Of a stretch of 64,000 nt of DNA, positions 8,756 to 17,531 are shown in pieces. Both the position numbers and the translations under genes were made by a program. This DNA is from Candidatus Bathyarchaeia archaeon (lineage in GTDB: Archaea; Thermoproteota; CALKCG01; B24; JAWCPE01). Positions within the stretch are counted from its first letter, which is position 1. Every line of letters begins with the position of its first letter. Under the pieces are notes generated by a model, which did not search any database, was not told the origin of the DNA, and was given only the letters and a program-made list of their open reading frames with translations. Where the stretch lies: NCBI GenBank assembly GCA_038870415.1, contig JAWCPE010000001.1, positions 6,806-70,805 on the forward strand, read 5' to 3'.

Positions 8756-10294
8756 TTAGCCTGTTACGTCCTTCAAGGCTTTGAAGATTCCCTTACTCGC
8801 ATTGTAAAGCTGAAGGTAGAGGGCGTAATACCGGTCGTAGGTCTTCTTCCTTCCCAGGTCGGGCTTCGTCACCTCGCTCACCTCAAGCCATTCGTTGATG
8901 ACATGGTAGCCTTCAAGCGTCCCCGTGCCGACGCCTGCGAGCAACGCGTCCCCGAGAGGTGCACCGGGGCTTTGGGCAATGTACGTCATCGAGAGCCCAG
9001 TCACGTCGGCGAGGATGCTTCTCCAAAGCGTTGACTTCGCCCCGCCGTTCACGAGGAGAGCCCTCTTCAGCGGCATGCCCGCCGCAGCTGCCGCCTCTAG
9101 GCTGTACCTAAGAGCGTACGCGATGCCCTCAAGGAATGCGCGGAAGATATGCGCCCTTGTATGGTATAGGGTCAGTCCTATCAGGCATCCTCGGACGTAG
9201 TCGTCCCAGTAAGGGGCCCTCTCGCCGACCATCATGTGAGGCAGAAAGATCAACCCCTCTGAGCCCGCAGGGACCTTCTCCGCCTCTAGGTCGAGGATAG
9301 CGTAGGCGCTCAGGTCTAGGTCCTGAGCTATCTTCGCCTCCACCTTGCCCAGTTGGTCTCGGAACCATCTGACGCAGTAGCCGGCCGTGACGATGCCCGC
9401 GAACGAGTAGAGCGCCTCCCGGTCATCTGCCACGTAAGGGTAGTTCACAAGCTGCGGCGAAAGCCTAGGTTGCCGGCTGATGAAACCGTTGCACATCGAC
9501 GTGCCGAGCATCGATGCTAGGTCGCCGTCCTCGAGCGCTCCGACGCTGAGGGCGCTCACAGGCGCATCTATGCCGCCGGCGGAGACCGGCGTGCCCCTCT
9601 TAAGCCCTGTCAGCCTTGAACCCTCCTCGGTGAGCTCGCCGACGACCTCCTTGGACATCGAGAGCCTCTCAGGGAAGAAGCTGCGCGGTATCCCGAGGGC
9701 ATCCATAGCCTCCTCGGACCAATCTCGCTTCTGTATGTCTAGGAGGCCTCCGTAGTTGCCGGCGCTTGAGAGGTCGATGGAAGGGTTGCCTGTCAGCCTG
9801 TAGATGCAGTAGGCGTTAGGCGTCATCAGCTTGTCGATGCGGCTCCACACCTTCGGCTCGTTGAACTTGATCCAAAGCATCTTCGCGTAGCCGTAGTAGG
9901 GGTCGACCACGTTCCCCGTCAGCTTGAAGAGGCGGTCTACACCTATGTTCTGCCTGACCCAGTCGCATTCAGCTGTAGCTCGACGGTCAGCCCAGATTAT
10001 GCATGGTCTAAGAGGCTTCATCTCTTTATCGCAGGGGATTCCGCTGCCGCCGTAGAGGCCGCTTATACAGAGGCCAGCCACCTCGGCGGGGTTGATCCCT
10101 GAATGCTCGACGACCGCCTTGATAGTCTTCGTCACTGCGCCAAACCAGACATCCGGCCACTGCTCCGCCCACCCAGGCCTAGGAGCTAGTACATCATACT
10201 CCTCGAATGCCGAGGAGAGGACTCTCCCATCCGTCTTCACAAGGACCGACTTAGTTCCCAGCGTCCCAATGTCGGTACCGAGCAGGTAAGCCAT
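8756..10294 (-). CDS. FGGY-family carbohydrate kinase (xylulokinase/glycerol-kinase-like)
   Basis: Start placed at ATG 10294 (MAYLLGTDIGTLGTKSVLV, the FGGY N-terminal phosphate-1 motif). The C-terminal LLVNGGAKSTLWRSILADVTG is an FGGY C-domain motif. Confidence 0.85.
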   Translation of the reverse strand: MAYLLGTDIGTLGTKSVLVKTDGRVLSSAFEEYDVLAPRPGWAEQWPDVWFGAVTKTIKAVVEHSGINPAEVAGLCISGLYGGSGIPCDKEMKPLRPCIIWADRRATAECDWVRQNIGVDRLFKLTGNVVDPYYGYAKMLWIKFNEPKVWSRIDKLMTPNAYCIYRLTGNPSIDLSSAGNYGGLLDIQKRDWSEEAMDALGIPRSFFPERLSMSKEVVGELTEEGSRLTGLKRGTPVSAGGIDAPVSALSVGALEDGDLASMLGTSMCNGFISRQPRLSPQLVNYPYVADDREALYSFAGIVTAGYCVRWFRDQLGKVEAKIAQDLDLSAYAILDLEAEKVPAGSEGLIFLPHMMVGERAPYWDDYVRGCLIGLTLYHTRAHIFRAFLEGIAYALRYSLEAAAAAGMPLKRALLVNGGAKSTLWRSILADVTGLSMTYIAQSPGAPLGDALLAGVGTGTLEGYHVINEWLEVSEVTKPDLGRKKTYDRYYALYLQLYNASKGIFKALKDVTG

Positions 10295-10489
10295 GTAGGT
10301 CACCGCCTCACAGCTCGCCCGCTGGTGACTTAAGCGTTCTTGAATGGACACGGCTAGGCAGAGAACCGTCGGGGTACCGTTACGGGTCGTCAAGCAACCT
10401 GCGACAGTCAGAGAAGAGTTAATTGGACAAGGGCTACGCTATTTAGGTAAGTAAGCCTTTCCTACGGGTAGAGATAGGTCAGGGGGGAG

Positions 10490-11089
10490 GTGCGGCTGGA
10501 GGGAGACGTGAAGAGGCTGGCGGACCTCAAGGCCAGGCTGCAGAGGAGACTTGAGAGCCTACAGCAGGAGCTTGAGGAATTGCAGCTGATAATGTTGTTT
10601 CTCGACGAAGTCTTAGCAGAACGGAGCTTTCGCCGAATAGAGGCGGCTCCTCCCTCCCCTGGAGTCTCCATGTCATCTGTCCAGACTGAGCCTCCCCAGG
10701 CGCTGGCGATGCCCACCGCATCCGTCGAGTACAGGCAGGTTATCCCGTTGAAGAGCTCAGACGGTCTGCTTCTGGGCACGATCTACGTAAGCGACGAGGA
10801 TGCAAGGATCGTTCCCTCAAGCGACCTCAAGCTGAGCATATCGATTCCTCCTTTCCAACCCTTCTTCCTGAACAGGGTGCTAGAACCGATGGCTAGGAGA
10901 GACCAAGAGGCGGCGGCTGCAGGCGACATCCAGCCAGACCGACGCTTCTCATACGAGGTTCTCGAAGAGGGAGGCATCCTAAAGGAGGTCATCATCCACA
11001 ACTACGGGGATGAAAGGAGGCTGAGGGAGGTACGAAGCTCGGCGAGGTGGACGCTGGACAAGATGTACGAGAAGACCCGCGGCTCCTAG
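10490..11089 (+). CDS. Hypothetical protein with N-terminal coiled coil
   Basis: 199 aa. N-terminus LKARLQRRLESLQQELEELQ. No known motif. A GGGGGGAGG SD-like run lies immediately upstream, so the exact start is uncertain. Confidence 0.4.
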   Translation: MRLEGDVKRLADLKARLQRRLESLQQELEELQLIMLFLDEVLAERSFRRIEAAPPSPGVSMSSVQTEPPQALAMPTASVEYRQVIPLKSSDGLLLGTIYVSDEDARIVPSSDLKLSISIPPFQPFFLNRVLEPMARRDQEAAAAGDIQPDRRFSYEVLEEGGILKEVIIHNYGDERRLREVRSSARWTLDKMYEKTRGS

Positions 11090-11171
11090 CCTGCCTCGTT
11101 CTCGAGGTGAGCCGTTAAATAACAGGGGATGAAGTACAGCTGGTCAAAGCGGACTGAGGCTGGAGAGAAAC

Positions 11172-11588
11172 GTGACTGAACGGAGAACGTACAACGAGAT
11201 GCTTGAGGCTGCGTACGCGAAGCTCCCAGTCCTCGGAGGCACCGGGGAGCGGTTTGAGACACCGAAGGCCATTATCTCCTCTGTGGGCAACCGGACTTTC
11301 ATCCAGAACTTCAAGGAGATCTGCGACCGGCTCAACCGCGACCCAAACCACGTACTAAGGTTCCTTTCAAGAGAGCTTGCCACAGCCGGCTCATGGAAAG
11401 AGAATTACGCTGTCTTTCAAGGAAGGTTCCTCTCCGAGGGAATCCAGAGGCTCATCAGCCGGTACGTGTCAGACTTCGTCACATGCCCGGTCTGCAAGAG
11501 GCCAGATACAAGGATTGAGAAGCAGGGAAGGTTCTCGTTCCTGGCCTGCGAGGCATGCGGCGCAAGGTCAGCCGTAAGGAGTGTCTAG
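11172..11588 (+). CDS. eif2b: Translation initiation factor 2 subunit beta (aIF2-beta)
   Basis: 138 aa. MTERRTYNEMLEAAYAKLP...FIQNFKEICDRLNRDPNHVLRFLSRELATAGS matches the e/aIF2-beta core. A C-terminal C4 zinc ribbon CPVCKRPDT...CEACG is present. Confidence 0.92.
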   Translation: MTERRTYNEMLEAAYAKLPVLGGTGERFETPKAIISSVGNRTFIQNFKEICDRLNRDPNHVLRFLSRELATAGSWKENYAVFQGRFLSEGIQRLISRYVSDFVTCPVCKRPDTRIEKQGRFSFLACEACGARSAVRSV

Positions 11589-11590
11589 CC

Positions 11591-11890
11591 ATGACGGATG
11601 TCTATCTCAACGTCATCAGGCATGGCCGCCACGTTCTCGTCGCGGCATGCGACGCCGAGATCCTCGGCCGGACGCTACGCAATGGAAAGGTCGAGTTCTA
11701 CGTCAACGAGAAGTTCTACAAGGGAGACAAGGTAGGCTTAGACGAGGCGATCCAGCTCATAAGAGATGCTACGTCCGCGAACCTCGTTGGGAACAACCTT
11801 GTACGGAGGGCCACCCTGGAGGGACTGGTTCACCCCCAAGCGATCGCTGTCATCTCAGGCGTCCCCCACGCCCAGATCGTCAAGCTGTAA
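11591..11890 (+). CDS. DUF424-like protein, co-transcribed with aIF2-beta
   Basis: ATG at 11591 lies 2 nt after the aIF2-beta stop. MTDVYLNVIRHGRHVLVAACDAEILGRTL...GKVEFYVNEKFYKG is characteristic of COG2412/DUF424. Confidence 0.5.
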   Translation: MTDVYLNVIRHGRHVLVAACDAEILGRTLRNGKVEFYVNEKFYKGDKVGLDEAIQLIRDATSANLVGNNLVRRATLEGLVHPQAIAVISGVPHAQIVKL

Positions 11891-11987
11891 AGCAGACAGC
11901 CACCTGACCTGTCGCGGCGGTACTCTCCCGTTTTCATGAGAGGTGCACGGTAACAGGGTTGCCGTGCGGAATCCGGGGTCTTCTGTT

Positions 11988-12929
11988 CTAGACGGCTCCT
12001 AGGACTAGGCTGAGAAGCGTCATCCTTGTCAGGAGCCCGTAGTAGACCTGTTTGAAGTACCGTGCATGAGCTGTCGAGTCTACTTCAGGGGAGATCTCGT
12101 CTATCCTCGGCAGGGGATGCATGATGATCGCGTTAGGCCTCATAGCTCGAGCGGTTCCACCGTCTATCCTGAAGGAGCCTTGAACCTTCAGGTACTCCGA
12201 CGGGTCGGCGAAGCGTTCCTTCTGGATGCGCGTCACGTAGAGCACGTCCAGCTCAGGCAACACCTCGTTGAGGTCGCTCACCTCAGAGACTGGTATGCGG
12301 TCTTTGATATGCTCGACGACCTCACGTCTCATCTTGAGCAGTTCCGGCGAGATCAGGTACAGTTTAACCTTATACATCGACAGAGCGGTGGCGAGCGAGT
12401 GCGTCGTCCGCCCGTACCGGAGGTCCCCTAGAAGCCCTACGGTAAGCCCGTCGATGCGTCCCATCTCGCTCTTCATCGTGTAGAGGTCGAGCATCGCCTG
12501 CGTCGGGTGCTCCTGAGCCCCTGACCCAGCGTTGATAACGGGCACGTCCACCATCTCTGCGGCCAGCTGCGCAGCGCCCTCCGAGGGATGACGTAAAGCG
12601 ATGACGTCAACGTAGTTCTCTACTACCCGTACGGTGTCAGCGAGGTTCTCACCCTTCTCAACGGAACTGAGCCGGGGCTCACCCATGTCCAAGGTTAGGC
12701 CGCCGAGCTTCTTCATCGCCGCCTCGAAGCTGAGCCTCGTCCTCGTGCTTGGCTCAAAGAAGAGGGTTGCCAGCGTCCTACCCCTCAAAAGGTCAGGATG
12801 CTGCTTCGCGAGGCTCTCGATCCCGTCCGTCGCGGAAAGGATGCAGTCTAGTTCTTCTCGAGTGAAGTCTCTGATCGAGATTATATCCCTTCCCCTGAGG
12901 CCCCCCACCGATGCATTCCCCTTACCCAC
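11988..12929 (-). CDS. pyrB: Aspartate carbamoyltransferase catalytic subunit
   Basis: 313 aa with a GTG start. The carbamoyl-phosphate-binding motif STRTRLSFE is present. HPTQA (HPxQ) and HPLPR motifs are also present. Confidence 0.92.
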   Translation of the reverse strand: MGKGNASVGGLRGRDIISIRDFTREELDCILSATDGIESLAKQHPDLLRGRTLATLFFEPSTRTRLSFEAAMKKLGGLTLDMGEPRLSSVEKGENLADTVRVVENYVDVIALRHPSEGAAQLAAEMVDVPVINAGSGAQEHPTQAMLDLYTMKSEMGRIDGLTVGLLGDLRYGRTTHSLATALSMYKVKLYLISPELLKMRREVVEHIKDRIPVSEVSDLNEVLPELDVLYVTRIQKERFADPSEYLKVQGSFRIDGGTARAMRPNAIIMHPLPRIDEISPEVDSTAHARYFKQVYYGLLTRMTLLSLVLGAV

Positions 12930-12939
12930 AGCTAACCCG

Positions 12940-12962
12940 TTGACTAAAAAGGCTTAACCGTG
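12940..12962. promoter_or_regulatory. Shared divergent promoter region of pyrB (-) and pyrI (+), with BRE/TATA-like ACTAAAAAGGCTTAACCG
   Basis: The two starts are only about 100 bp apart. The sequence reads as an A-rich BRE plus TATA on both strands (revcomp GGTTAAGCCTTTTTAGTC). Confidence 0.4.
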
Positions 12963-13034
12963 GTCTCGACGCAGCGAGCAACGCTTTAGTGTGCGAGCCA
13001 TGCTCAAAGGGTCTGGTTGGCTGAAGGTGTCAGG

Positions 13035-13502
13035 ATGAGCGGTGGGGAGGAACTGAGGATCCGGAAGATCGAGGAGGGAACCGTCATCGACCATATCCCT
13101 GCAGGGTACGCGTTGGCTGTTCTCAGGATCTTAGGCATAACCGGAAGGGAAGGCATGGAGGTGAGCGTCGCGATGAACGTTCCCAGCTTAAAGCTCGGTC
13201 GGAAGGACATCGTCAAGATCGAGAAGAAGGAGCTCAGGCCTCAGGAGGTTGACAAGATAGCGTTGATCGCGCCGAGGGCCACTATCAACATCATCAAGGG
13301 GTACGCGGTACACGAGAAGCAGAGGGTGAAGCTTCCGCCGAGCATCGTGAACGTTGTGCGGTGCGCGAACCCGGCGTGCATCTCGAACAGTCGAGAGCCT
13401 ATCAAGCCTACCTTCCGCGTCAAGAGCGACGAGCCGCTACTTCTGGAATGCCACTACTGCCACAGGGTGATGGAGAAAGAGGATGTCGTGAAGCAGTTCT
13501 GA
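13035..13502 (+). CDS. pyrI: Aspartate carbamoyltransferase regulatory subunit
   Basis: ATG at 13035 gives MSGGEELRIRKIEEGTVIDHIPAG, the PyrI N-terminal allosteric-domain signature. The C-terminal Zn domain CANPACISN...CHYCHR is present. Confidence 0.9.
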   Translation: MSGGEELRIRKIEEGTVIDHIPAGYALAVLRILGITGREGMEVSVAMNVPSLKLGRKDIVKIEKKELRPQEVDKIALIAPRATINIIKGYAVHEKQRVKLPPSIVNVVRCANPACISNSREPIKPTFRVKSDEPLLLECHYCHRVMEKEDVVKQF

Positions 13503-13544
13503 CCAACCGGCACTATCGAGCCGGGCATCGTCCCTGTGTAAACG

Positions 13545-15854
13545 TCAGATTCCAGAGAGTTCCTCAGCGGAGTACCTTCTCCTCGTGTTCAGAGCGGCTA
13601 GACGTGCCCCCGTCCAGTGGCGAAGGGGAAGGTACCGCGTCGAAGCCCTCCCGTAGGTTGTCAAGCCAGCGGAGCTGCCGCAGTTAGGGCATCGCTTAAC
13701 TAAGCCCGTCATTCTCAGTCGGCAGCGGGCACACCAAGTCACTAGACGAGAGTAGGCAAAGAGGCCGACAGCGTACTTCTCGATGATCTTCGCCGTGGCG
13801 GTCATCATGGCGTCCTTGTCAACCTCTTCATCTACCTCGAGAAGGGTCAGATGCCCGCCTCTGCTGTGGCTGCTCAGCGCGGCTTCAGCTGTAAGCCTAT
13901 CGCTAAGCGGGATATCGGCTTCAAGCGGGAGAACCGTGACGCTGGTGTAGTACGGAGCCCTAGGCCCCGTCCTTCCCCCAGCTGCGACTTGGCCATGCTC
14001 CTCGTAATCCAACTTCGCGAGCCTCTCGGCCGCTTCGGCACCAGCGATCTGAGTCAAGACGACCTCCTCACCGACCTCCTTACTGCGGTCAGAGAGGAGC
14101 CTCGCCATGCTCCGTAGACAGTGTTCAGCAAAGGAGCTGGAGCTTGAGGTCTCATGAATGTGGTTTCCTGTTTGCAGCACGGTCGCCTCATCTAATCCGA
14201 CGAAGCTCACGGCCATAACTACCTCGTCGAATCTACAGGGAGCTTCGCCGTTCCCCCCAAAGAGGAAAGGCAGGAGGTTGCCTTTGATCCGTTCATACAG
14301 GGCTCTGTGACGGACCGCGAGGGCCTCTAGGGCAAGGCTTACGGAGCTCTCAAGCTCAGCTTCAAAGGCACCTTCGTCCCCGCGGGAGAGACAGGCGATC
14401 CTAGGCAGGTCAAGGACTACGCCTCCTACGTAGGGTCGACCGAACTCGCCGTTTCCGGCTGAGGGAAAGCAGGCTCCGTCAGGCGTGTAAGCCCTGTTCT
14501 CCGCCCCTCCTGTCAGGTTGGCGAACAACACGGTACCCGCGTGAGAGGCAAGCCTGTGGGCGAGCTGGAACGGCTCATCCCAGCGGGTGGCGCTCATCCT
14601 AGATCGCAGCTTCAGGATGGGTACTGTGTCGAAGAGGGGCACGCATGCAGGTCCAGGGTTTAACGCCTTCAGAAGGGCGGTTGCAACTCTGCGCGCTTCA
14701 TCTTCGTGCTCGCCCCAGCTCCCCAGGGCTTTCCCGGCCCTCTCCTCAACGATGCCCTTAGGGATTTCCAACTCGAGCCCTATCGCTAGGCCCCCGGCGA
14801 GGTCGGGGCCAGCAGAGAGCTTGGCGAGGTCGATGAGGAACTCTCTAAGAGCCTCCTCTAAATCCTCATCGGAGGTACCGCGGGCGTAAGGTGCCAGCCA
14901 CACGTTGAACATGTCTAGGCTCTGTCCAGCGTTTACCTCCGGCCTGAAGGCTTCCAAGGCCTTTGACAGTCGCCTCAACGCAGACCTAAGCGACCGCGAT
15001 GGTTCGAATGGAATCGCGCTGAGCCCCTGTGCGACGCGGTTGCTTCCCTCCGCGACGAGTTGAGGCAGTTGGAGCAGCGCGTAGTCGGGCTTCAAGATGT
15101 ACGTTCCGAGGTTCTCGATGTGGATGCGGCCTGAGAGGTGGGCGTCTGCCACCTGCCTCGGTAGGGCTTTCAGCAGGACGTACTCCCTCAGCACTGAGTC
15201 GGCTGCCTCTTCTCGGACGGCTTCGCTGTTCAGTCCAGCCTCGCTCTTGGCCTGGATAAGCTTGGTGACGTCGTGCACAGGGAGCCCTAGCCTCGTCAGG
15301 CGGTGCCGGTACTCCTCAAGTCCCTTCTCGATGAGGACGGCGTTGACTATCTCGCGGATCAAGGGAGCTGTGAGATACCGGACCTCCAAGCCGAGAAGCC
15401 GGTCTTCCACCTCGCGTGCGACCTGCTCTGCAAGGTCGAGAGGCATCTGAGCCTCGTCTACGAGGGCTTTTACGATTCTTCCCCTTTCGAACTCCTCTAT
15501 TGCCAGCCTCGAGGTTCTCACGAGGAGTCTGCCCGCCTTCTTCAACGCGTCCTCGTCCAGTTCCTGTGCGAACTCGACGAGCTTCACGCCCATCTCTGTG
15601 AGCCTGTACTTCCTAGTCCTCCTGTCGGCCTCCACCAGACGCGCCCTCTGGACGCTCCTCAAATGGTAGGCGAACCGCCCGGTCTGCTTCTCCGGGTCCA
15701 ACCCCATCTTTTGCATGATCTCGCTGTAGGTCATGGGGCCGCGTAGGTGGAGCAGACGTAGGATCTCAAGCCTGATGGGCGACGAGGAGGCGCTGAAGAC
15801 CCTGACCCCAGCCCTCCTCCTGAACGCCTGAGTCATAGTCATGGACAGAGACAC
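13545..15854 (-). CDS. ArsR-type wHTH fused to a class III ribonucleotide reductase (NrdD)-like domain; likely a non-catalytic paralog
   Basis: 769 aa. The N-terminal IRLEILRLLHLRGPMTYSEIMQKMGL...RKYRLTEMG is an ArsR/SmtB wHTH. The body aligns to the bona fide NrdD at 62242+. SGRIHIENLGTY matches GDIHIHNLESGS. PRAPYYTSVTVLPLE matches DAPYYTSVLVPTVEE. The C-terminal Zn ribbon CARCRLRMTGLVKRCPNCGS matches CPKD..CDLCHG. At the glycyl-radical position RVVGYYRP, this protein has RASTRYLP. Confidence 0.6.
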   Translation of the reverse strand: MSLSMTMTQAFRRRAGVRVFSASSSPIRLEILRLLHLRGPMTYSEIMQKMGLDPEKQTGRFAYHLRSVQRARLVEADRRTRKYRLTEMGVKLVEFAQELDEDALKKAGRLLVRTSRLAIEEFERGRIVKALVDEAQMPLDLAEQVAREVEDRLLGLEVRYLTAPLIREIVNAVLIEKGLEEYRHRLTRLGLPVHDVTKLIQAKSEAGLNSEAVREEAADSVLREYVLLKALPRQVADAHLSGRIHIENLGTYILKPDYALLQLPQLVAEGSNRVAQGLSAIPFEPSRSLRSALRRLSKALEAFRPEVNAGQSLDMFNVWLAPYARGTSDEDLEEALREFLIDLAKLSAGPDLAGGLAIGLELEIPKGIVEERAGKALGSWGEHEDEARRVATALLKALNPGPACVPLFDTVPILKLRSRMSATRWDEPFQLAHRLASHAGTVLFANLTGGAENRAYTPDGACFPSAGNGEFGRPYVGGVVLDLPRIACLSRGDEGAFEAELESSVSLALEALAVRHRALYERIKGNLLPFLFGGNGEAPCRFDEVVMAVSFVGLDEATVLQTGNHIHETSSSSSFAEHCLRSMARLLSDRSKEVGEEVVLTQIAGAEAAERLAKLDYEEHGQVAAGGRTGPRAPYYTSVTVLPLEADIPLSDRLTAEAALSSHSRGGHLTLLEVDEEVDKDAMMTATAKIIEKYAVGLFAYSRLVTWCARCRLRMTGLVKRCPNCGSSAGLTTYGRASTRYLPLRHWTGARLAALNTRRRYSAEELSGI

Positions 15855-16025
15855 CTAGGGCTCTAGAAACTATCCTTTGAGCCTATAAAAACGCGGAGCA
15901 ATGCTGCAATGAGAGGACACGGCCTAAGCGCGCTCTCAGAGCTAGACCCTACATATGCGGCTGAGGGGCGATCCGAGATACTCCCCCGGGGACGGCTCTA
16001 TGCTCAGCCTCCTAGTGGGAGCTGT

Positions 16026-17531
16026 TCAACTCATCTCTTTCCATGCTCTGTAGGTGCCGTAGTCCACGTACTCCCTCTTGGGGTTCTCTATCTGTTCCCG
16101 GACCGTTATCGACCTAAGCCTCTTCTCAAGGATGAGGTCGGTGACTGTGAAGACGTAGGATTCGCTCCCTGCCCCCGACCCGTAACTGGTGGCCAGTATC
16201 CTATCTCCGGGCTTAGCGATGTCGAGTACGGCGGCGAGAGCTGTCAAGCAGGAGCCGGAATATAGGTTCCCGATCTTCTCCACTACTAGGCCTGGCTCTA
16301 CCTGTTCTCTCTGGAAGCCCATCTCGAGGGCTGCCGCGAGCGGGTACCGTGCGTTCGGAGAGTGATTCACGACGTACGCGAAGTCGCGTGGCCCCAGCCC
16401 GCTCTGCTTCAGCACGTTGCTCATCGCGGTCGTCACATGCTTGAAGTAGGCGGGTTTCCCAGTGAACCTACCGCCGTGCCGGGGGTACTTCTCCCCATCC
16501 CTGCGGTAGAAGTCCGCGGTATCGGACGTGTACGGCGCGTAATGGTCGAGGGTCGCGATGACTCCATGTTCGCCGAAGATGAACGCGGCGGCGCCAGCGC
16601 CAACGGTGGAGTCGAGGGCGTCGTGGGGTGCTGCCTGCGAGTTGTCTGAGCCGATGACCATAACGTTAGAGCCGGCGAAGACAGGGTAGGCTACGAGAGC
16701 CGCGGCGTCTATGAACAGATCCGTAGCAGCCTTGCAGGCGAACTGCGTATCTACACCGCCCGACATGAAACCGTCCTCGTACTTCTCACCCAGCTCAAGG
16801 GACTGACAGACCGTAGACATCGAAGGCTTCACCGCGTAAGGCGTAGACTCGGAGCCAAGGAAACACTTCTTCACATCCCTGCTCTTGATGCCTGCGTGGA
16901 TCAGCGCTCTGCGCCCCGCCTCGACGGCGAAGGTGGCTGTATCTTCGTCCTGGAAGGGAACCGTCCTCTCCTCGACTCCTCCGCTCGACGCGGGGTCTTC
17001 GTTCCTCACCCGGAACTTGGGCAGATAGACGCCGTATCCGACGATCCCTGGCCGAGATTTCTCATGAGCCTCCTTCACTTCGCATACCGGAGGGAACTGG
17101 CGGTAGTAGTCGTCCGCGAAAGAGAAGTTGAGGCTTGAGTAGGAGACGATGCCGCTTCCGCCGTTCGCGTAGAGCCTCCTAAACCTGGGGACAACTTCCC
17201 GACCGATGAGGTCGGAGATGTCCACCTCAACTTCGCCGGGGAGCTGGTCCGTGATCCGTCCGGGCACCTTGAGGGCGCCATCGTCGAAGCTCACTATCCC
17301 AACGAGGAATGAGGAGAAGTGACTGAACCTGTTCGTGGGTTTCCGGACCACGGTACCTGTGTAGAGGACGCCTGTGCTCTCGAAGTAGTCGAGGTAGCTC
17401 ATCTTGCTGCTTCTACCTTCCACGTTGCAGAACGATTTCGGCGGGAAGTACGTTGCGCCGCAGTTTTCGCACTTCGCGGCCGTTATCCTGTAGTCGATGA
17501 GCGTCTTCCTTCTGATCGTGGCTTCGCTCAT
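16026..17531 (-). CDS. HMG-CoA synthase with N-terminal fused DUF35 (Zn-ribbon/OB-fold) domain
   Basis: 501 aa. Residues 1-130 carry a DUF35-like AAKCENCGATYFPPKSFC plus an OB segment. The rest matches archaeal HMGCS (GIVGYGVYLPKFRV, DEDTATFAVEA, GSESTPYAVKPS). Its start overlaps the thiolase stop by 4 nt. Confidence 0.85.
   Translation of the reverse strand: MSEATIRRKTLIDYRITAAKCENCGATYFPPKSFCNVEGRSSKMSYLDYFESTGVLYTGTVVRKPTNRFSHFSSFLVGIVSFDDGALKVPGRITDQLPGEVEVDISDLIGREVVPRFRRLYANGGSGIVSYSSLNFSFADDYYRQFPPVCEVKEAHEKSRPGIVGYGVYLPKFRVRNEDPASSGGVEERTVPFQDEDTATFAVEAGRRALIHAGIKSRDVKKCFLGSESTPYAVKPSMSTVCQSLELGEKYEDGFMSGGVDTQFACKAATDLFIDAAALVAYPVFAGSNVMVIGSDNSQAAPHDALDSTVGAGAAAFIFGEHGVIATLDHYAPYTSDTADFYRRDGEKYPRHGGRFTGKPAYFKHVTTAMSNVLKQSGLGPRDFAYVVNHSPNARYPLAAALEMGFQREQVEPGLVVEKIGNLYSGSCLTALAAVLDIAKPGDRILATSYGSGAGSESYVFTVTDLILEKRLRSITVREQIENPKREYVDYGTYRAWKEMS

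Noticed and set aside
13851-15746. Several plus-strand ORFs (88-147 aa) antisense to the NrdD-like gene, and similar shadows opposite argS, polD DP2, herA, thrS and lysK
   Set aside because: They are Arg/Pro/Ser-rich with no domain signatures. Each is entirely embedded in a strongly supported gene on the other strand.
13545-15854. Second functional anaerobic RNR
   Set aside because: The radical glycine and the cysteine blocks appear substituted, and it carries a wHTH instead of an ATP-cone. Annotated as NrdD-like/non-catalytic pending alignment.
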